Notes under the pieces: generated by a model
Seen by the model: only the letters and a program-made list of their open reading frames with translations
Database searches by the model: none
What the model was told of the DNA's origin: nothing
Program-made: the position numbers and the translations under genes
In this document: in pieces, positions 32,256 to 41,568 of the stretch
Numbering within the stretch: the stretch's first letter is position 1
How the letters are laid out: every line of letters starts with the position of its first letter
Source: an uncultured Marinilabiliaceae bacterium
GTDB taxonomy: Bacteria; Bacteroidota; Bacteroidia; Bacteroidales; Marinilabiliaceae
Length of the DNA stretch: 64,000 nt
Direction of reading: 5' to 3'
Assembly: GCA_964608615.1 (NCBI GenBank)
Contig: CAZSQG010000005.1
Coordinates: 23,651-87,650, forward strand

Positions 32256-32811
32256 AATAGTTTAATTTCCCATTCAAAAATGGCGTGAAGATAACGAAAA
32301 AGATAAATGACGAAAATATTATTACAGCTTCAGATATGTTAAAAAATAAATATTCAAAGCTTTGGCCAAAAATCAATTGTTTAAAATAAGCGTATAAAAC
32401 GACTAAAAAACAAAGAAATTTTAAACAACAACAAAAGTGAATCAAGATTTTAAATTCCAACGTTGATAAAGCAATAGCCAGCATTCGTAATAATGACAAA
32501 AAATACAGAAGAATTTATTACCGACACCGTAGGATACTTAATAATTGAACCCCTTGTATTACTCTGCTATCAAAAATTTTCCTATCAACACGTCTAATTA
32601 TCAGGACTTTCTCTTATTTGATTTCTTATTTTCATAATCATTTCTATGCTTAATAACAATTACAAATCTCATTTATTTCTTCAAAAATAACAGTTACAAA
32701 AACATAAAACACAAGCAATAAAGTGTCAAAAAAGGATAAATTATTAAAAAAAAGAAACCTAAATCTTTCCTGTTCGTAACACGGTAAAGACAAAAACAGT
32801 AAGATTTAGTT

Positions 32812-33330
32812 ATGATTATGAAAAGATTTTACCTTTTAGCACTATTGCTTCTTATCCCTATGCTTTCAATGGGACAGATTGCAAAATTTAAAGCCGTTTT
32901 TACCCTGAATTTTATCAGGTACATCGGTTGGAGTGAAAGTTCCAAACAAGGAGACTTTGTTATTGGAGTATTACGAAACAAAGAAGTGGCAGATTATCTT
33001 AGAGAACAGTCGTACGGTAAACCATTTGGTTTTCAAAAAGTCGTTATAAAGGAGTATCGCTCTGTTGAAGAAATTGATAATTGCCAGGTAGTATTTGTTT
33101 CTTCTGCTATAAACATGCGAAGTAGCGGTGCTTTTATTATGGATAAAGCAAAACAATACAATACGCTGATCATTGCCGAGTCAGAAGGAGCAACCCAATA
33201 TGGCGCTACAATCAACTTTGTTGTTCGCGAAAACGCTTTGAAATTTGAACTTCATAAAGGCAATGCAGCACGACAGGGACTCCAGTTTAGTTCTCGCTTG
33301 GAAGGTATGGCAGCAGCCATAAACTTATAA
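32812..33330 (+). CDS. YfiR-like periplasmic protein (DUF4154)
   Basis: A signal peptide is present (LLALLLLIPMLSMGQ). The family pattern includes F..Y..W, the C-terminal INFV...N.L.FE, and a tail (NAARQGLQFSSRLEGMA) that fits the family. Confidence 0.7.
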   Translation: MIMKRFYLLALLLLIPMLSMGQIAKFKAVFTLNFIRYIGWSESSKQGDFVIGVLRNKEVADYLREQSYGKPFGFQKVVIKEYRSVEEIDNCQVVFVSSAINMRSSGAFIMDKAKQYNTLIIAESEGATQYGATINFVVRENALKFELHKGNAARQGLQFSSRLEGMAAAINL

Positions 33331-33370
33331 AGAAAAGAGTGCAGCTTAATAAGATAACTGTCGACTATTT

Positions 33371-33405
33371 ACTTAAAAACCTGTCGTAAGGACAGGTTTT
33401 TAAGT
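33371..33405 (+). terminator. Rho-independent-type hairpin after the YfiR-like gene
   Basis: A perfect 15-bp stem forms between acttaaaaacctgtc (33371..33385) and gacaggtttttaagt (33391..33405), with the 5-nt loop gtaag. The U-tract lies within the descending arm. Confidence 0.6.
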
Positions 33406-33896
33406 AAAAAAAGTCTCTTAATGTTGCTGTTGATTAAAAACAATGATAAAATTAATTGCTAACATTTGTATTAATCTAAACAAAATCGAAGGTTATTTTT
33501 AAGTACTATTACGATTATCAACTTTAATTAACCAACCTAATCGGTATTAAGTTTTTTCCATAAAAATGGTATAAAATGATTATATTTATGAAAATGTCAT
33601 AATTCTTAAGCATTATGAAGAACTAAATAACGAAGGAAGCTTACATGAGCTTTAGCTCACAAGAAGAGATGACTTAGGTTCATACAAATTTCACCAGAAC
33701 AGTACTTTAACTAATTATTGTTCAGATGAAAGAAACAAGTTGGATAAACACACGGCTTATGATTATTGTATAGTTATTCTCAATTATCATAACAAAAAAC
33801 ATGAAAGGCCATGTTAAGATCATTCACATGTCGAATGATTGTTTCCATGGGAATTTTTCCAGAAATCAGGAATATAAAAAACAAATTAAGAAACAG

Positions 33897-35606
33897 ATGA
33901 AATTCAATTTTAACATTGCTCAAAAGCTGATTTATGGCTTCGGTTTAATTCTGATAGTTGTTTTCTTAAACAGTATATTGACCCTATATACCCTTAATAA
34001 AAGTACAAACCGGAACAATCAGGTTACTGAAGTATTCAGCCCAACTGTAAAATCCCTCGATGATTTAGACATGCTAATTACCCAAAGCAAGATGTTAATA
34101 CGTAATTGGGTTTTTATAGATAAGCAGCCTGGAACACCTGATAAACTAAAACTTATTGAACTTCACGATAAAGAATTTAGTTCTTTAAAAAACACCTTAA
34201 ATGTTCTATCGGAACAATGGAAAAATGATGACGACAAGCAGGAACTTAAAAGCATCATAACCCAAACTGATTCTCTTTTTGAAATGCACAAATACATTAT
34301 AAAAAGTTTAAACTCTTTTGATGCTTATGAAGATGCATTCATAATGTTTGAAGTTGAAGACATGGTAATGGAAGGAGGAAAAATCATTACCTTAACCGAT
34401 AATATTGCAACCGAGATAATGGCTCTTACTACAAAATATAACACCAGTAACGATATTGCTCTGGCAGATATGAAAAGTGCCTTTGCTAATTTAACCTGGG
34501 TAGTTATAATCATGGGAATTATACTGCTTGTGGCCTCCCTTGCAATTGGATGGCTCCTTTATTCCTCCATTGTTAATCCACTTATTAAGGGCGTTTCATT
34601 TACTAAAGCTATTGGTGCTGGAGATCTCACTGCCAAGGTTGAAATAAATCAAAATGATGAAATTGGAATATTGGCCAAAGAACTTAGCAATATGGCCGAG
34701 AATCTTAAGAAGACAGTATTTACCATAAAAGATAATGCTTCAAACCTTGTTTCCTCAAGCGGAACTTTAAAAACCAGCTCTCTTCAGTTATCAAGAGGTT
34801 CAGCTGATCAGGCTGCATCTGCCGAAGAGGTATCAACATCTATTGAAGAAATGGTGGCCAATATTGACCAAAACACTGATAATGCTATTCAAACTGAAAA
34901 AATTACCGTTGAAACAGCAAAAGATGTTAATATTGCAAACGAATTAAGCTCCGAAGCAGCTATGGCTATGAGTGCCATTTCGGAGAAAATATCTATTATT
35001 AGTGACATAGCATTTCAAACCAATATTCTGGCGCTAAATGCTGCTGTTGAAGCAGCCAGAGCAGGAGAGCACGGACGTGGATTCTCTGTTGTAGCCGCTG
35101 AAGTGCGAAAATTGGCCGAACGAAGTAAATCAGCTGCAGATGAAATTGTAACATTAGTGAAAAAAGGTCTTAAAGTTTCTCAGGAAGCAGGAAACAAGGC
35201 AAGACTTCTGGTTCCGGACATTGAAAAAACCACTGTTCTTGTTAAAGAGATTGCTGCGGCCAGTATGGAACAAAAAACCGGCGCTGACCAAATAAACCTG
35301 GCCATGCAACAATTAAATATGATTACACAAGAAAACGCTTCAAGTTCAGATCAATTAACACAAAGTTCTGACGAGTTGCTTAAATTAGCTGAAAACCTTC
35401 AAGAAGCTGTTAGCTATTTCAGCATTGGCAAAGAAGATTTTGTTAGCAAGAAACAATCTCAAGGAAACGAAAAATCAGTAAGCCAACAAAATGAAACCGA
35501 AATAGCAAAAACGTCTAAAAAAACAAACTCAACAAAAAACAGTCCAATTCATAACCTTTCCAATCTTGAAAAGGAATTTGACATGGATAATTATGAAAAG
35601 TTTTAA
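33897..35606 (+). CDS. Methyl-accepting chemotaxis protein (2 TM, periplasmic sensor, HAMP, MCP signalling domain)
   Basis: The conserved hairpin tip is [37 protein letters not shown]. The TM helices are at [14 protein letters not shown] and [21 protein letters not shown], followed by a HAMP domain. The likely start is the ATG at 33897 ([10 protein letters not shown]), whereas the ORF track begins at 33801. Confidence 0.95.
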   Translation: MKFNFNIAQKLIYGFGLILIVVFLNSILTLYTLNKSTNRNNQVTEVFSPTVKSLDDLDMLITQSKMLIRNWVFIDKQPGTPDKLKLIELHDKEFSSLKNTLNVLSEQWKNDDDKQELKSIITQTDSLFEMHKYIIKSLNSFDAYEDAFIMFEVEDMVMEGGKIITLTDNIATEIMALTTKYNTSNDIALADMKSAFANLTWVVIIMGIILLVASLAIGWLLYSSIVNPLIKGVSFTKAIGAGDLTAKVEINQNDEIGILAKELSNMAENLKKTVFTIKDNASNLVSSSGTLKTSSLQLSRGSADQAASAEEVSTSIEEMVANIDQNTDNAIQTEKITVETAKDVNIANELSSEAAMAMSAISEKISIISDIAFQTNILALNAAVEAARAGEHGRGFSVVAAEVRKLAERSKSAADEIVTLVKKGLKVSQEAGNKARLLVPDIEKTTVLVKEIAAASMEQKTGADQINLAMQQLNMITQENASSSDQLTQSSDELLKLAENLQEAVSYFSIGKEDFVSKKQSQGNEKSVSQQNETEIAKTSKKTNSTKNSPIHNLSNLEKEFDMDNYEKF

Positions 35607-35639
35607 TTTTTTATCGAAACTTCTCAAAAAGAAATATGT

Positions 35640-35948
35640 ATGACTGAGAACTTTATTATAGACTTCAAAGAGAATAAAAATCAACTAGATATGGTTTTTA
35701 GTGGTCAATTAACCATAAATTCCATTGCTAAAATAACAGAAGAGGTTAAATTGCATCTTAAAAACCCTTCTGTTGTGAATATTAAAGTTAAAGACGTTGA
35801 TAATATTGACTTGACTTTTATTCAATTATTACACGCAATCAGTAACAGTGGAAAGAAAAAAGCGTTCGATGTAAATATCTCATTATCTGTTTCGGACGAA
35901 ATTTCTTCTTTGCTCACAAATGCAGGATTTGTAGATTATTTAAAATGA
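35640..35948 (+). CDS. STAS-domain protein (anti-sigma-antagonist-like)
   Basis: 102 aa showing the STAS pattern: FSGQLTINS...VNIKVKDVDNIDLTFIQLL...SDEISSLLTNAGFVDYL. Confidence 0.75.
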   Translation: MTENFIIDFKENKNQLDMVFSGQLTINSIAKITEEVKLHLKNPSVVNIKVKDVDNIDLTFIQLLHAISNSGKKKAFDVNISLSVSDEISSLLTNAGFVDYLK

Positions 35949-35972
35949 TAAAATCTTAAACCCGTTTATATT

Positions 35973-36338
35973 ATGGCTAAAACCGTTTTAATTGTTGATG
36001 ACTCCGAAAGTATCCGGGAAGTCGTAAATTTTACCCTTCAAAACGAAGGATATGATGTTTTGGTGGGAGTTGATGGAGATGATGCACTTAAGTTTCTTGA
36101 TGGTCGTCATATTGACATAATTATTACCGACCTTCACATGCCAAACCTTGATGGACTAGGCCTTATTCGAAAAGTAAGAGAGATGGATGATTACAAACAC
36201 ATACCCATCCTTTTCCTTACCACCGAATCGCAGGCTGCTAAAAAAATGGAAGCCAAGGAAGCCGGAGCAACAGGCTGGATTATAAAACCATTTGTTCCAG
36301 CTAAATTGCTTTCTGCAATTTCCAGAGTAATAAGGTAA
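35973..36338 (+). CDS. cheY: CheY-like single-domain response regulator
   Basis: LIVDDS, DIIITDLHMPNLDG (phospho-Asp), LTT and the IIKPF Lys are all present. Confidence 0.9.
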   Translation: MAKTVLIVDDSESIREVVNFTLQNEGYDVLVGVDGDDALKFLDGRHIDIIITDLHMPNLDGLGLIRKVREMDDYKHIPILFLTTESQAAKKMEAKEAGATGWIIKPFVPAKLLSAISRVIR

Positions 36339-36345
36339 CAAAAGT

Positions 36346-36678
36346 ATGATCGAAAAAATAAAGGAACAGTTCCATTTAGAAACCTTAAATGAATTGCAAA
36401 TTATAAGCACCAATTTATCTGCTGAGATAATCTCTCCTGAAGATATGTCCTTGCTTATAAATAGAATATTTTCAATAACCCACCAAATTAGTGGTACCGG
36501 ACCAATGCTTGGTTTTGACTACACTTCTAAGTTGTCTCGGAAAATTGAGAAAACATTCTATGAAATCAGATCAGGTGAAAAAGCCCTTAACATGCAGATT
36601 GTTTTGCAAACTCGTCGTACAATTGATACAATGATAAAATCAATTAACGATGAGTTCAACAGCAAAAGAATCATATAA
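36346..36678 (+). CDS. Stand-alone Hpt (histidine phosphotransfer) domain protein
   Basis: 110 aa. RIFSITHQISGTGPMLGF parallels the CheA P1 motif RIFRAMHSLKGGGAMFGF of the next gene. Confidence 0.7.
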   Translation: MIEKIKEQFHLETLNELQIISTNLSAEIISPEDMSLLINRIFSITHQISGTGPMLGFDYTSKLSRKIEKTFYEIRSGEKALNMQIVLQTRRTIDTMIKSINDEFNSKRII

Positions 36679-36722
36679 CAATAAAAATAGTTTTTTAATT
36701 ATGCTTAAATGCTTTGTGTCTC

Positions 36723-38768
36723 ATGATAGATAAGTTTAGAGCGAAGTTTGTTGAAGAGTCCACCGATAACATTCACGACATGGAAGAGGCATTGCTTCTT
36801 CTTGAAAAGGACATGAGAAATAAAGAGCTTATTGAGCGCATATTCAGAGCTATGCACTCTCTTAAGGGAGGCGGAGCCATGTTTGGTTTTAACCACTTAA
36901 GTGAGTTTACACACCACCTTGAAACTATTTTTGACTATGTGAGGAATGGTAAAACGGAAGTGTCCACAGACCTTATTACTCTTACTTTTTCAGCTATTGA
37001 CCAAATCAATTTTCTTCTTAAAACAGGAGATCTTACCAAGGAAGAGGACCTGAATGAACAAAAAATATTTATTAAAAAACTACAGGATTTCATCTCTGGA
37101 TCCGAATCACCTGTACAAGTAGCAGGAACAAAAGAAGAGTCATTTTCGGAAACCACAACTCCCGACAAACCTGAAAAAAGTTACCTGATTACTTTTATCC
37201 CTCACGAAGATCTTTTAAAAAACGGTACCAACCCTTTTTATTTACTGGACGATTTACATGCAATGGGCAAAACCAGACTCCTTGCCTTTAAAAACAAAAT
37301 TCCTTCTCTCGATTTATTAGATTTAACAACTAATTACTGCTATTGGCAGGTGATTCTCAGTTCAGTTGAATCAATTAACGAAATCCGAGATGTTTTTATT
37401 TTTGTGGAAGATGAATGTGAATTACATATTGATCTGATTTCTGAAATATCCATTATTGACAAACCAGAAGCTATTTCTCTGGCTGAAACTGCTTTGCAAA
37501 CCAAAACATTACTTTCGGTTGACGATTTTAAACATAGCGACTGGGCGCGACCTTTAGAGATAAAGGATGATGATGATAAGAAAAAGGCGTTATTAAAAGA
37601 ACATAAAATATCAAGCATCAGAGTTTCATCACATAAAATTGATGAGTTGGTTACTCTGGTAAGTGAAATGGTTACCATACAAGCTCAACTATCCTTATAT
37701 GCCGAAAACAGTGGTGATCCGGCAATTGTAGCCCTTACCGAAACCATTCAAAAACTTACTCGTCAATTACGCGATAATGCTTTTGATGTGAGCCTTATTC
37801 CTCTTCAGAATGAATTAATGCGGTTCCAAAGATTAGTCCGCGACTTATCAAAAGAACAAAAGAAAGATGTTGATTTTATAATTGAAGGAGGCGATCTGGA
37901 ACTTGATAAGAATATCATAGAACACCTCACCGACCCTCTTTTACACATCCTGCGTAATTCAATTGACCATGGAATTGAACTACCACAAGAAAGAATTGCT
38001 GCAGGGAAATCGCCAAAAGGCACTATCATTTTTAAAGCGTTTCATTCAGGGGCTAATGTGATTGTTGAAATTTCCGATGATGGCAAAGGCATTGATCCTG
38101 AATTCATAAAACAAAAAGCCATTAGTAAGGGACTTATTGATGCGGATGCCATTCTTGATAAGAAAGATACTTTTGACTTGCTTTTTATTAGTGGTTTTTC
38201 AACCCGCGACACAGTTTCCGGAGTTTCCGGACGCGGTGTGGGAATGGATGTAGTAAGAAGGAAAATTGCAAACATTAGAGGAGAAGTTTCCTTGGAATCA
38301 GGAAAAGGAAAAGGGACAATTATTTCCATTCGCCTGCCACTAACCTTATCAATAATTGATGGTTTATTGGTGACGGTTGGTGATAATCAATATGTAATAC
38401 CAATTTCGGCTATCGAAAAAATATTTGCTTTTGAACAATCATTGTTAAAAAATACATTTAACAATGTTGTGGTCATTGATAATGAACAGATACCTTATGT
38501 TAGTCTGCGTGAAATCTTTAATATGCCAAAGTTTGAAGAAAATAAATTTGAGATGGTAATGATTCGGGCTGAAGACAGAAAGCTTGGAGTAATTGTTGAC
38601 TCGGTGGTTGGCGAATATCAAACCGTAGTTAAGCCCATGGGCCGATACATGGAGAAACAAGAGATAATATCAGGAGCTTCTATCATGGGTGATGGAACAA
38701 TTTCAATGGTAATTGATACTTCCAGACTTTTTCAGTCGAGAAAAACAAGGAAAGTCCTGGTAGAATAA
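36723..38768 (+). CDS. cheA: Chemotaxis histidine kinase CheA (P1-P5, no receiver domain)
   Basis: The P1 Hpt domain has HSLKGGGAMFGF. Kinase motifs are the N-box HILRNSIDHGIE, G1 DDGKGID and G2 GRGVGMDVV. A C-terminal CheW-like P5 is present. The ORF-track start at 36714 is TTG. The ATG at 36723 (MIDKFRAKF) is likelier. Confidence 0.95.
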   Translation: MIDKFRAKFVEESTDNIHDMEEALLLLEKDMRNKELIERIFRAMHSLKGGGAMFGFNHLSEFTHHLETIFDYVRNGKTEVSTDLITLTFSAIDQINFLLKTGDLTKEEDLNEQKIFIKKLQDFISGSESPVQVAGTKEESFSETTTPDKPEKSYLITFIPHEDLLKNGTNPFYLLDDLHAMGKTRLLAFKNKIPSLDLLDLTTNYCYWQVILSSVESINEIRDVFIFVEDECELHIDLISEISIIDKPEAISLAETALQTKTLLSVDDFKHSDWARPLEIKDDDDKKKALLKEHKISSIRVSSHKIDELVTLVSEMVTIQAQLSLYAENSGDPAIVALTETIQKLTRQLRDNAFDVSLIPLQNELMRFQRLVRDLSKEQKKDVDFIIEGGDLELDKNIIEHLTDPLLHILRNSIDHGIELPQERIAAGKSPKGTIIFKAFHSGANVIVEISDDGKGIDPEFIKQKAISKGLIDADAILDKKDTFDLLFISGFSTRDTVSGVSGRGVGMDVVRRKIANIRGEVSLESGKGKGTIISIRLPLTLSIIDGLLVTVGDNQYVIPISAIEKIFAFEQSLLKNTFNNVVVIDNEQIPYVSLREIFNMPKFEENKFEMVMIRAEDRKLGVIVDSVVGEYQTVVKPMGRYMEKQEIISGASIMGDGTISMVIDTSRLFQSRKTRKVLVE

Positions 38769-38799
38769 TATAATTCAACGCTTAAATGTTTAAGCACTT

Positions 38800-39249
38800 A
38801 TGGAAAATGTGAATAAAACTATACTATCATTCCAGATAAATGAGAATGTCTTTGCAGTAGATGCTCTTCAAGTTGCGCATATACTTGAAATTCCTTCCAT
38901 TATCACAAAAGTTCCAAACACACCAGATCATCTAGTAGGTGTAATAAACCTTCATGGTAATATTATTCCTGTAGTGGACATGAGAATTATTATGGCCGAA
39001 GAGATTGGCGAGTCAAATGCCGACAACGCTATTATTGTCATTAATCCAGCCGAAATTCAGGATTCCAGATTTGGTATTATGGTAGATTTGGTTAAAGAAG
39101 TCTTGGAGATTAACTCAAATGATTTAAAAGAGACCATCTTAGAAGGAAGAAAAGGTATGATTGAAAACTTTGAAGGCACACTATTACAAAATGATACTTT
39201 TATTCATATCATCGACATTAACCATTTGGCTGAAATAATTGAAAAATAA
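38800..39249 (+). CDS. cheW: CheW coupling protein
   Basis: 149 aa with the CheW-like domain pattern (FQINENVFAVDALQV..I......KVPNTPDHLVGVINLHGNIIPVVD). Confidence 0.9.
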   Translation: MENVNKTILSFQINENVFAVDALQVAHILEIPSIITKVPNTPDHLVGVINLHGNIIPVVDMRIIMAEEIGESNADNAIIVINPAEIQDSRFGIMVDLVKEVLEINSNDLKETILEGRKGMIENFEGTLLQNDTFIHIIDINHLAEIIEK

Positions 39250-39267
39250 AAGGATAACAAAAAAAAT

Positions 39268-39756
39268 ATGGCCTCGATATTGAATTCATACCTTACATTC
39301 CTGATTGGAGAAGAGGTTTTTGGTGTTAATGTGACAAAAGTAATGGAAATCACAGAATATCAGACTCCAAAGCCACTTCCGCAAACCCTGCCATTTGTTT
39401 CAGGGGTAATACAATTCCGCGATGAAATCATCCCCTTAATAGATACAGGGATTAAATTTGGCATGTCACCTGTTGCCATTTTACCGGGTACATGTATTAT
39501 TATCCTTCAACTAATAAGCGACACTCTCGGTAAAACTTACCGTGTTGGCGTTTTAGTTGATGCTGTATCTGATGTGTTGGAATGTGATAATATTGATATG
39601 AAAAGTATTGAGGACGATTATAAACCTAATTACATCCTTACCACCTATCCTGTTGAAGATAAACTTATTTTTATTCTGAATGCCGATGTTGTTTTCAGCC
39701 AGAAAGAAATTATTAAAATGATTGAAATGATTAATAAACAAAAAAAAGAATCTTAA
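39268..39756 (+). CDS. cheW: CheW coupling protein (second copy)
   Basis: 162 aa with a CheW-like domain (FLIGEEVFGVNVTKV.EI......LPQTLPFVSGVIQFRDEIIPLID). Confidence 0.9.
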   Translation: MASILNSYLTFLIGEEVFGVNVTKVMEITEYQTPKPLPQTLPFVSGVIQFRDEIIPLIDTGIKFGMSPVAILPGTCIIILQLISDTLGKTYRVGVLVDAVSDVLECDNIDMKSIEDDYKPNYILTTYPVEDKLIFILNADVVFSQKEIIKMIEMINKQKKES

Positions 39757-39759
39757 TCA

Positions 39760-40629
39760 ATGGAGAAATCCGTTCATAATTCTGGGGGCCTGGACTGCTT
39801 TAAAGCTGAACTTTCGGAAAAAGACTTCCAGGTTTTCAGTCAATTTATTTATTCCGAATATGGAATAAAAATGCCACCTATTAAAAGAATTATGCTTCAG
39901 GGCAGACTCCTGAAAAGAATTAGAGAATTACAAATGTCATCGTATTCTGAATATAAAGATTACTTTTTTAGTAAAGAAGGACAAGATAAAGAGTTACTTC
40001 AATTTTTAAATGTTGTAACAACTAATAAAACTGATTTTTTTAGAGAACCTGTTCATTTTAATTTTATGAACGATGTAGTTCTTACGGCCTTTAAAAACAA
40101 CGGTATTAACGGTCAGCCTATAAAAATCTGGAGTGCTGGATGTTCAAGTGGAGAGGAACCTTACACCATATCGATCATTCTCAATGAGTATGAAAGATTA
40201 AATCCCTTGTTTAAATTTGATATTCTTGGTTCAGATATCTCCACACAAATGCTTGAAAAAGCAGCAAAAGGAGTTTATCAGGCAAACAAGCTGGTTACAG
40301 TTCCCATGGAACTAAAGAAAAGATATTTTTTGAAAAGCAAAGACCCCAACATTCACAACGTTAGGGTTCATCCTATTTTACAAAAAAACATCAGATTAAC
40401 CTATCTTAACCTGATGGATAATAGTTATTCAATTAAAGAGACATTTGATGTAATATTTTGTCGTAATGTTCTTATATATTTTGACCGTCCAACACAGGAA
40501 AAAGTTATAAATAAGCTCTGTTTACAGCTTAAACCCGGAGGATATTTTTTTATAGGACACTCCGAGTCCCTTTCAGGAATGGACGTTCCCTTAGAACATG
40601 TAAAACCGACAATATTCAAAAAAAAATAA
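39760..40629 (+). CDS. cheR: Chemotaxis protein methyltransferase CheR
   Basis: TDFFREPVHF, the SAM motif IWSAGCSSGEEPYT and DVIFCRNVLIYFD are all present. Confidence 0.95.
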   Translation: MEKSVHNSGGLDCFKAELSEKDFQVFSQFIYSEYGIKMPPIKRIMLQGRLLKRIRELQMSSYSEYKDYFFSKEGQDKELLQFLNVVTTNKTDFFREPVHFNFMNDVVLTAFKNNGINGQPIKIWSAGCSSGEEPYTISIILNEYERLNPLFKFDILGSDISTQMLEKAAKGVYQANKLVTVPMELKKRYFLKSKDPNIHNVRVHPILQKNIRLTYLNLMDNSYSIKETFDVIFCRNVLIYFDRPTQEKVINKLCLQLKPGGYFFIGHSESLSGMDVPLEHVKPTIFKKK

Positions 40630-40659
40630 GTATAACCACCAAGACGAAATAACAACATT

Positions 40660-41559
40660 ATGATGAACATTTCTGACAAACAGCTTTTAAAAGAGTTAAA
40701 AATCAAACTCGAGGAGCGGAAGAAATTTGAGGATGAAGTAAACCTACTTTCACAAGAACTTCAGGAAGTTACTCAACGCTTTAAGGAATCTGAAGCATTA
40801 AAAAGTCATTTTATTTCAAACATTTCCAATGAAATAGTAAACCCGTTTACATCTATACTAGGCCTTTCCAAATCAATTCTTGCCGTTGAAAAAAACGACT
40901 GGAAAAAAGTTGTAAGTATGGTAGCACTTATTCATAGTGAGGCCTTCAATCTCGATTTTCAGCTAAAGAACATCTTTGTTGCCGCCAAAATTGAAGCTGG
41001 AGAAGTTGTTCCCAATGTTGCCAAGGTTAATGTCAGAAACATAATCCAAACCATGATCGAATCATTTAGTCTGGTGGCTCGTAAAATGGCTATTGAAATT
41101 GATTTCAAGTTTAACATTGAATATGGTTTTGGGAAAAATTTCTATTTTAAAACCGACAGTGAAAAATTAAAGCTTATTCTGAGCAATCTCATGAATAACG
41201 CATTAAAATATAGTTATAAGGACAGCAAAGTAATTATAACAGTTTGGGTTGATGAAGATATTCTCAACTTCTCAGTACAGGATTTTGGTACAGGCATTTC
41301 TGAAAAAAATCAAAAAGTTATTTTCGAACGCTTCAAGCGACTCGATTCAGGCATTAATTCAATAAACCGCGGCCATGGGCTTGGACTCTCCATTACTAAA
41401 GCATTGCTAGATGTAATGGGAGGTTCTATTGAAATTGAAAGCAAAAAGGGTGAAGGCTCTACCTTTTATGCTAGGATACCTGAAGCCAAAAACATAATTG
41501 AAGGGTTTAGTGGAGAAGGTAATGAAACATTCTTCGATGAAGATGACGAGATTTTTTAA
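40660..41559 (+). CDS. Cytoplasmic histidine-kinase-like protein with degenerate H-box (HisKA + intact HATPase_c)
   Basis: A coiled-coil N-terminus is followed by the H-box region KSHFISNISNEIVNPFTSILG, which aligns to the consensus FlanmSHELRTPL with Asn (codon aat, 40828..40830) at the His position. The N-box LSNLMNNALKYS, G1 QDFGTGIS and G2 GHGLGLSI are intact. Confidence 0.8.
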   Translation: MMNISDKQLLKELKIKLEERKKFEDEVNLLSQELQEVTQRFKESEALKSHFISNISNEIVNPFTSILGLSKSILAVEKNDWKKVVSMVALIHSEAFNLDFQLKNIFVAAKIEAGEVVPNVAKVNVRNIIQTMIESFSLVARKMAIEIDFKFNIEYGFGKNFYFKTDSEKLKLILSNLMNNALKYSYKDSKVIITVWVDEDILNFSVQDFGTGISEKNQKVIFERFKRLDSGINSINRGHGLGLSITKALLDVMGGSIEIESKKGEGSTFYARIPEAKNIIEGFSGEGNETFFDEDDEIF

Positions 41560-41568
41560 GGAATTATA

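Noticed and set aside
32116-32499. 127-aa minus-strand ORF that overlaps the start of the RND exporter gene and extends into the upstream spacer.
   Set aside because: It is in a different frame from the well-supported exporter start (MWIRIASAILRNRLPILFLL...). It is low-complexity and Phe/Cys/Leu-rich, and it has no motif.
33801-33896. 32-codon N-terminal extension of the MCP ORF ([19 protein letters not shown]...).
   Set aside because: The extension is hydrophilic and atypical. The ATG at 33897 gives the usual short cytoplasmic stub followed by TM1, so I preferred it. The true start remains uncertain.
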